From assembly GCA_964587975.1 (NCBI GenBank), contig CAZPND010000001.1:1-48396 (forward strand): a DNA stretch of 48,396 nt, given 5' to 3'. Shown here one piece after another: positions 44,987 through 48,396 of this stretch (position 1 is the stretch's first letter; the number at the start of each line of letters is the position of its first letter). This DNA is from an uncultured Candidatus Bathyarchaeia archaeon. GTDB taxonomy: Archaea; Thermoproteota; Bathyarchaeia; Bathyarchaeales; Bathycorpusculaceae. The translations under genes were made by a program, and so were the position numbers. The notes beneath the pieces were generated by a model, which was not told the DNA's origin, made no database searches, and worked only from the letters and a program-made list of their open reading frames with translations.

Positions 44987-46057
44987 ATGCTTGAGTTTGT
45001 AGACAAAGTGCGTAAGAGAAGACACAAGGTGAGCGTTTTCTTGGGCGCTTTTCAAAGAGGGTTTAATTATCAGTATCTCGACGGTGATGTTAATTTTTAT
45101 TTTCCTCCCACGTGGGATGCGCTTTCTAAAATTACTGGAACGCCTTATCCTGTTTTTAAAGGTGTGAAGAACCGTCTTAGGCAGCTGGCACCCGATGTTG
45201 TTCATATTAATTCCCATTTGTTTTTGAGTAATTATCAGGTTGCGAGGGCGGCGTGGTCTTTAAGAATTCCTTTTGTCGTAACCGTTCATGGGTTCGCGGT
45301 TAGGCGGAGTTTAGTTATAGATATGCTGCAACAGGTTTACCTGCAGACTGTGGCACGATCCCTATTCAATATGGCGTCACGAGTGATATGCCTAACTGGG
45401 ACTGAAGCAGAAAGCGTAGCAGAGGTCATGGGTGGATATGGCAAAATCTCTGTTATTCCAAACGGTGTGGATGTTGATTTTTTTAGGCCTTCAGATGAGA
45501 AAGACTCAAATTTAGTTGCATGGGTTGGGCGCATGGTTCCTGAAAAGGGATTAGTTTATCTCTTAGAAGCTATGCGCGAAGTTGTTAAACAGCATGCTAA
45601 TGTTAAACTGGTCTTAGGCGGAGATGGGCCTCTAAGACAATACTTACAAAATTTTGCAAGACAGCTTGGTTTGCAGAAAAACATTTTTTTTCTTGGAGCT
45701 ATAAATCATGAAAAAGTTGCAGACATATTGTCTAAATCAAGCATCTTCGTTTTTCCTTCCTTAAAAGAAGGTATGCCTCGTGCACTTTTAGAGACAATGG
45801 CTTGCGGGAACGCTGTAGTCGGTTCAAACGTATCTGGAATTAAGGGCATCGTTAGAAACGAGAGTAATGGCCTTCTTGTACCCCCGAAAGACCCCGAGGC
45901 TCTTTCGAAAGCTATTTTGACTTTGCTTGAGGAAGGGAAGTTGCGTCGCTTTTTAGGTCAAAATGCCCGAGAATTGATGGTTGAAAAATACGATTGGGCA
46001 AAAGTTACTGCCAAGTTAGATGCAGTTTATGATGCTGCTTTATTGGAAGCGAGGTAG
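44987..46057 (+). CDS. GT4 glycosyltransferase with disrupted or non-canonical 5' end
   Basis: RMVPEKGLVYLLEAM, LGGDGPL, EGMPRALLETMACGNAVVGSNVSGI. The conserved first strand SLHILFVSAYWHYPE lies in frame upstream of the first ATG. See findings. Confidence 0.75.
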   Translation: MLEFVDKVRKRRHKVSVFLGAFQRGFNYQYLDGDVNFYFPPTWDALSKITGTPYPVFKGVKNRLRQLAPDVVHINSHLFLSNYQVARAAWSLRIPFVVTVHGFAVRRSLVIDMLQQVYLQTVARSLFNMASRVICLTGTEAESVAEVMGGYGKISVIPNGVDVDFFRPSDEKDSNLVAWVGRMVPEKGLVYLLEAMREVVKQHANVKLVLGGDGPLRQYLQNFARQLGLQKNIFFLGAINHEKVADILSKSSIFVFPSLKEGMPRALLETMACGNAVVGSNVSGIKGIVRNESNGLLVPPKDPEALSKAILTLLEEGKLRRFLGQNARELMVEKYDWAKVTAKLDAVYDAALLEAR

Positions 46058-46060
46058 AGT

Positions 46061-47245
46061 ATGGTCGTGTTTTCTAAAAGAATTGTTGTTTTAGTTATTT
46101 TAGAACCTGCACGTACTGAAATGGGTTACGTTAGCAAGTATATTCCTTTAATGAAGAAGCACCTTGACTCTAACTTTTTTGAAATCCATGTGGTAGGCAG
46201 TTATTTGGGGGTCAAGGCTTTGAAAGAAAATTTTAGTGATGTTCATTCAGTTATGTTTTGTCCAATGGCGCCTCGGGGTATAGGTCTTTACATTGGTTAC
46301 ATATCATATCTTTTTTTTGTTTTCTTCAAGGGTATACGTTTTACAGCTAAAACTGGCGCTCACGTTTTGGTTAGCTTAGGTGGGCATGTTTATTCCGGAC
46401 TTGTTGTGGCTTTAATATCCAAACTTTTGAATAGGAAATCCATAATTAGAATTTCTGAGCCAACGAGATACATTGTTCGGTCAAGATACTTTTTAGGTCC
46501 TCTGATCTCCTCGTTTATTAAGGTGTTTGAACGGTTTGCATTTTCTATGTCAACTGTTGTGATTTCAAATCGTGATATGCGTTGGTATTCACATAAAATT
46601 GGCAGAAAGCAGGTTGTGCTCAGTCAAGGGGTTGATCTTTCTAAATTCAATCTTGGGTTAGAACAGGTTTTTAGTTCTACGGCGTTTCCGAGATTGATAA
46701 CAGTTTCTAGGCTTGACAAGCAAAAGAACATTGATAGCGTTATTGAAGCTGTTGGCTTGCTTAAAAATAAATATCCTGAGATTTTGTACTATATTATAGG
46801 TTCAGGTCCGGATGAAGCTTATTTGCGCGATAAAGTAGCGAATTTGTCACTGGACAAGCATGTATGTTTCTATGGTCAGGCATCTCCTGAAGATATTCCT
46901 AACTTGCTGAGGTCGTGTAACTTGTTTGTCTTATCGAGTTTTATAGAGGGGTTGTCGTCGGCTGTTTTAGAGGCTATGGCTTGCGGTTTGCCGGTTATTA
47001 TTGGATCGACTAGGTTCGGTTGGAAAGAGTGGTTTGTTGATGGCGAAAATGCTCTTGTTGTTCGTGGTGATTCGCAAGGTATAGCTGAAGCGATTGTTCG
47101 GGTGACTTCTGATGATGAGTTAAGAGGGCAACTTGTTGAAAATGGTGAAATGTATGTGAGAAAATATCACAATAGTTCACGGACTAAAGAGCAATTTACT
47201 GCGATAGTTGAACAATTGCTGAAGAATGATGATGGAAAGAAGTGA
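46061..47245 (+). CDS. GT4 glycosyltransferase
   Basis: VSRLDKQKNIDSVIEA, IIGSGPDE, IEGLSSAVLEAMACGLPVIIG. Confidence 0.8.
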   Translation: MVVFSKRIVVLVILEPARTEMGYVSKYIPLMKKHLDSNFFEIHVVGSYLGVKALKENFSDVHSVMFCPMAPRGIGLYIGYISYLFFVFFKGIRFTAKTGAHVLVSLGGHVYSGLVVALISKLLNRKSIIRISEPTRYIVRSRYFLGPLISSFIKVFERFAFSMSTVVISNRDMRWYSHKIGRKQVVLSQGVDLSKFNLGLEQVFSSTAFPRLITVSRLDKQKNIDSVIEAVGLLKNKYPEILYYIIGSGPDEAYLRDKVANLSLDKHVCFYGQASPEDIPNLLRSCNLFVLSSFIEGLSSAVLEAMACGLPVIIGSTRFGWKEWFVDGENALVVRGDSQGIAEAIVRVTSDDELRGQLVENGEMYVRKYHNSSRTKEQFTAIVEQLLKNDDGKK

Positions 47246-47332
47246 TTTTTGTAATTGAGCTGCGTTATCTTTTCAAGCAGGTTCGGCGCGCATGCTATAA
47301 ATAGGCAGAAAATTTGCCGTTAAGGTGTTTTT

Positions 47333-48396
47333 TTGAAGACTGTTGTTGTGTTGTATGGGCAGCTTGTTGGAGCTGGAGGTGCCGAGAGGGTGGCTATTGA
47401 GGAAGCGAAGTATTTTCGGGGAGTGTCAAAGACGCGATTGCTGACGTTTCGGGTGAAGGAGGAAGCGTTGTTTGGTCATAAGGGGTTGCCTGAGTTAGAA
47501 GTGATAGCTTGGAAGGGTGAAAAAAAGAGCAACGCTAACTATAGGGCGTTTTTTTCGTCGTTGTCTAGGGTGATTGCGTTAGGGGTGCGACTGCGTCAAC
47601 TTTCGCCGTCTCTTGTTATTGGTTGTTGTTGGGCTGGTTGGATTGAGCTTTATTTGGCGACTCTTTTCACTTCTATTCCCTACGTGTTGCATCTGCATGG
47701 TTCTTTGTTTTGGCTCGATAAAAACCTCATGAAATATGCTTTGATTCATAGGTCTGTGTTTGATGAAATTAGAGAATCTGTTGTGGGGCACAAAGAATTC
47801 GTGGCGGGCAAGCCTAAGTTAAGTGTATTTCAGCGGTTAAGCCTAAACCTTCTTGCGTTGCTGGATTATTTTGCGGTTAGGCGTGCCAAAGCGGTTTTTG
47901 TTTTGTCAAATCAGATGCGGTGGGAGGTCAATAAGTTGTACAAGAGAGATGCTGTTGTTTTACCGATAGGACCTATTTCGTCGCAGCTGATGCGTTACAC
48001 TCCTAAGAAGAATGTTAAGGAAATGCTTAGGTTGCAAGAAAAGAAGGTTATACTTAGCATAAGCAGGCTGGACCATAGAAAAAGAATAGGTTTGCTTATA
48101 GAGGCTTTCGCAGTGTTGTCTAAGGATAATCCGAATGCGGTCTTAGTCATAGGCGGAAAGGGGCCAGAGGAGACGCGATTGAAGAGGTTAGCGAGAGATT
48201 TGGGTGTTCAAGATCGTGTGAAGTTTGTTGGTTTTGTTGACGAGAAAGATTTATGGGATTACTATGTCTTTTGTGATGTGTTTGCTTATCCTGGTTGGGG
48301 GGATTATGCGATTACTGTGTATGAAGCGTTGGCGATGCAAAAAAAGGTAGTTTGTTCTAGCGAGATGGAGATAGAACCGCGCCTGTTAGCAACTGG
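47333..48396 (+). CDS. GT4 glycosyltransferase (3' partial, runs off the window)
   Basis: Absent from the ORF track because no stop is reached. TTG at 47333 after AAGGTG. ISRLDHRKRIGLLIEAF, IGGKGPEE, ITVYEALAMQKKVVC. The frame is open to nt 48396. Confidence 0.7.
   Translation, partial: MKTVVVLYGQLVGAGGAERVAIEEAKYFRGVSKTRLLTFRVKEEALFGHKGLPELEVIAWKGEKKSNANYRAFFSSLSRVIALGVRLRQLSPSLVIGCCWAGWIELYLATLFTSIPYVLHLHGSLFWLDKNLMKYALIHRSVFDEIRESVVGHKEFVAGKPKLSVFQRLSLNLLALLDYFAVRRAKAVFVLSNQMRWEVNKLYKRDAVVLPIGPISSQLMRYTPKKNVKEMLRLQEKKVILSISRLDHRKRIGLLIEAFAVLSKDNPNAVLVIGGKGPEETRLKRLARDLGVQDRVKFVGFVDEKDLWDYYVFCDVFAYPGWGDYAITVYEALAMQKKVVCSSEMEIEPRLLAT

Noticed and set aside
1-48396. CRISPR arrays, rRNA genes, IS elements with terminal inverted repeats
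   Set aside because: I found no regularly spaced direct repeats, no rRNA-like segments and no transposase-like ORFs by eye. The only tandem repeats seen are the 12-mer x2 at 23165-23188 and short homopolymer or GT-rich tracts.

Overview
Archaeal chromosomal window. Support: ATP-dependent DNA ligase, archaeal-type cmk next to a DUF106/EMC3-like gene, a CCA-less tRNA, TATA-like boxes, many GTG/TTG starts. The lineage cannot be assigned by eye. All domain calls are motif recognition by eye, no searches were run, and start codons are approximate.

Layout:
- 1-15.5 kb: housekeeping genes (lig, ECF S-component, AIR-synthase-like, cmk, DUF106, dCTP-deaminase/dUTPase-like). This part also holds a small glycosylation cluster (two tandem GT2 paralogs, a radical SAM gene, a GT2 split by an in-frame TAG, a frameshifted membrane gene) and a Kelch-repeat surface protein.
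- 15.7-21.9 kb: a REC-PAS-PAS-histidine kinase diverging from a DUF6512-like membrane protein, inside a block of extreme strand skew, followed by an orphan NuoL/NuoM-like pair.
- 22.28-34.52 kb: a ~12.2-kb element integrated into the 3' end of tRNA-Cys(GCA). It is bounded by an exact 26-nt direct repeat and has a tyrosine integrase at the tRNA-proximal end.
- 34.7-48.4 kb: secreted and anchored surface-protein candidates, an MBL-fold hydrolase, and a long glycosylation cluster (GT2, polytopic GT-C-like protein, DPM-synthase-like GT2, SAM methyltransferase, four GT4 genes, the last running off the window).

Element cargo: an AbiEi/AbiEii module, a 1448-aa Cas4/RecB-like nuclease + RNase-H-like + SF1B helicase fusion, a two-gene cassette ending in a Zn-ribbon/nuclease-like/HTH protein, a truncated helicase-IV-like gene fused to an RHH fragment, and small hypotheticals.

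Best candidate for a novel system: the conflict-gene cargo of the integrated element, above all the giant nuclease-helicase. A second unusual signal is gene-cassette-sized blocks of ~75-83 percent A+C or G+T on one strand, independent of gene orientation.
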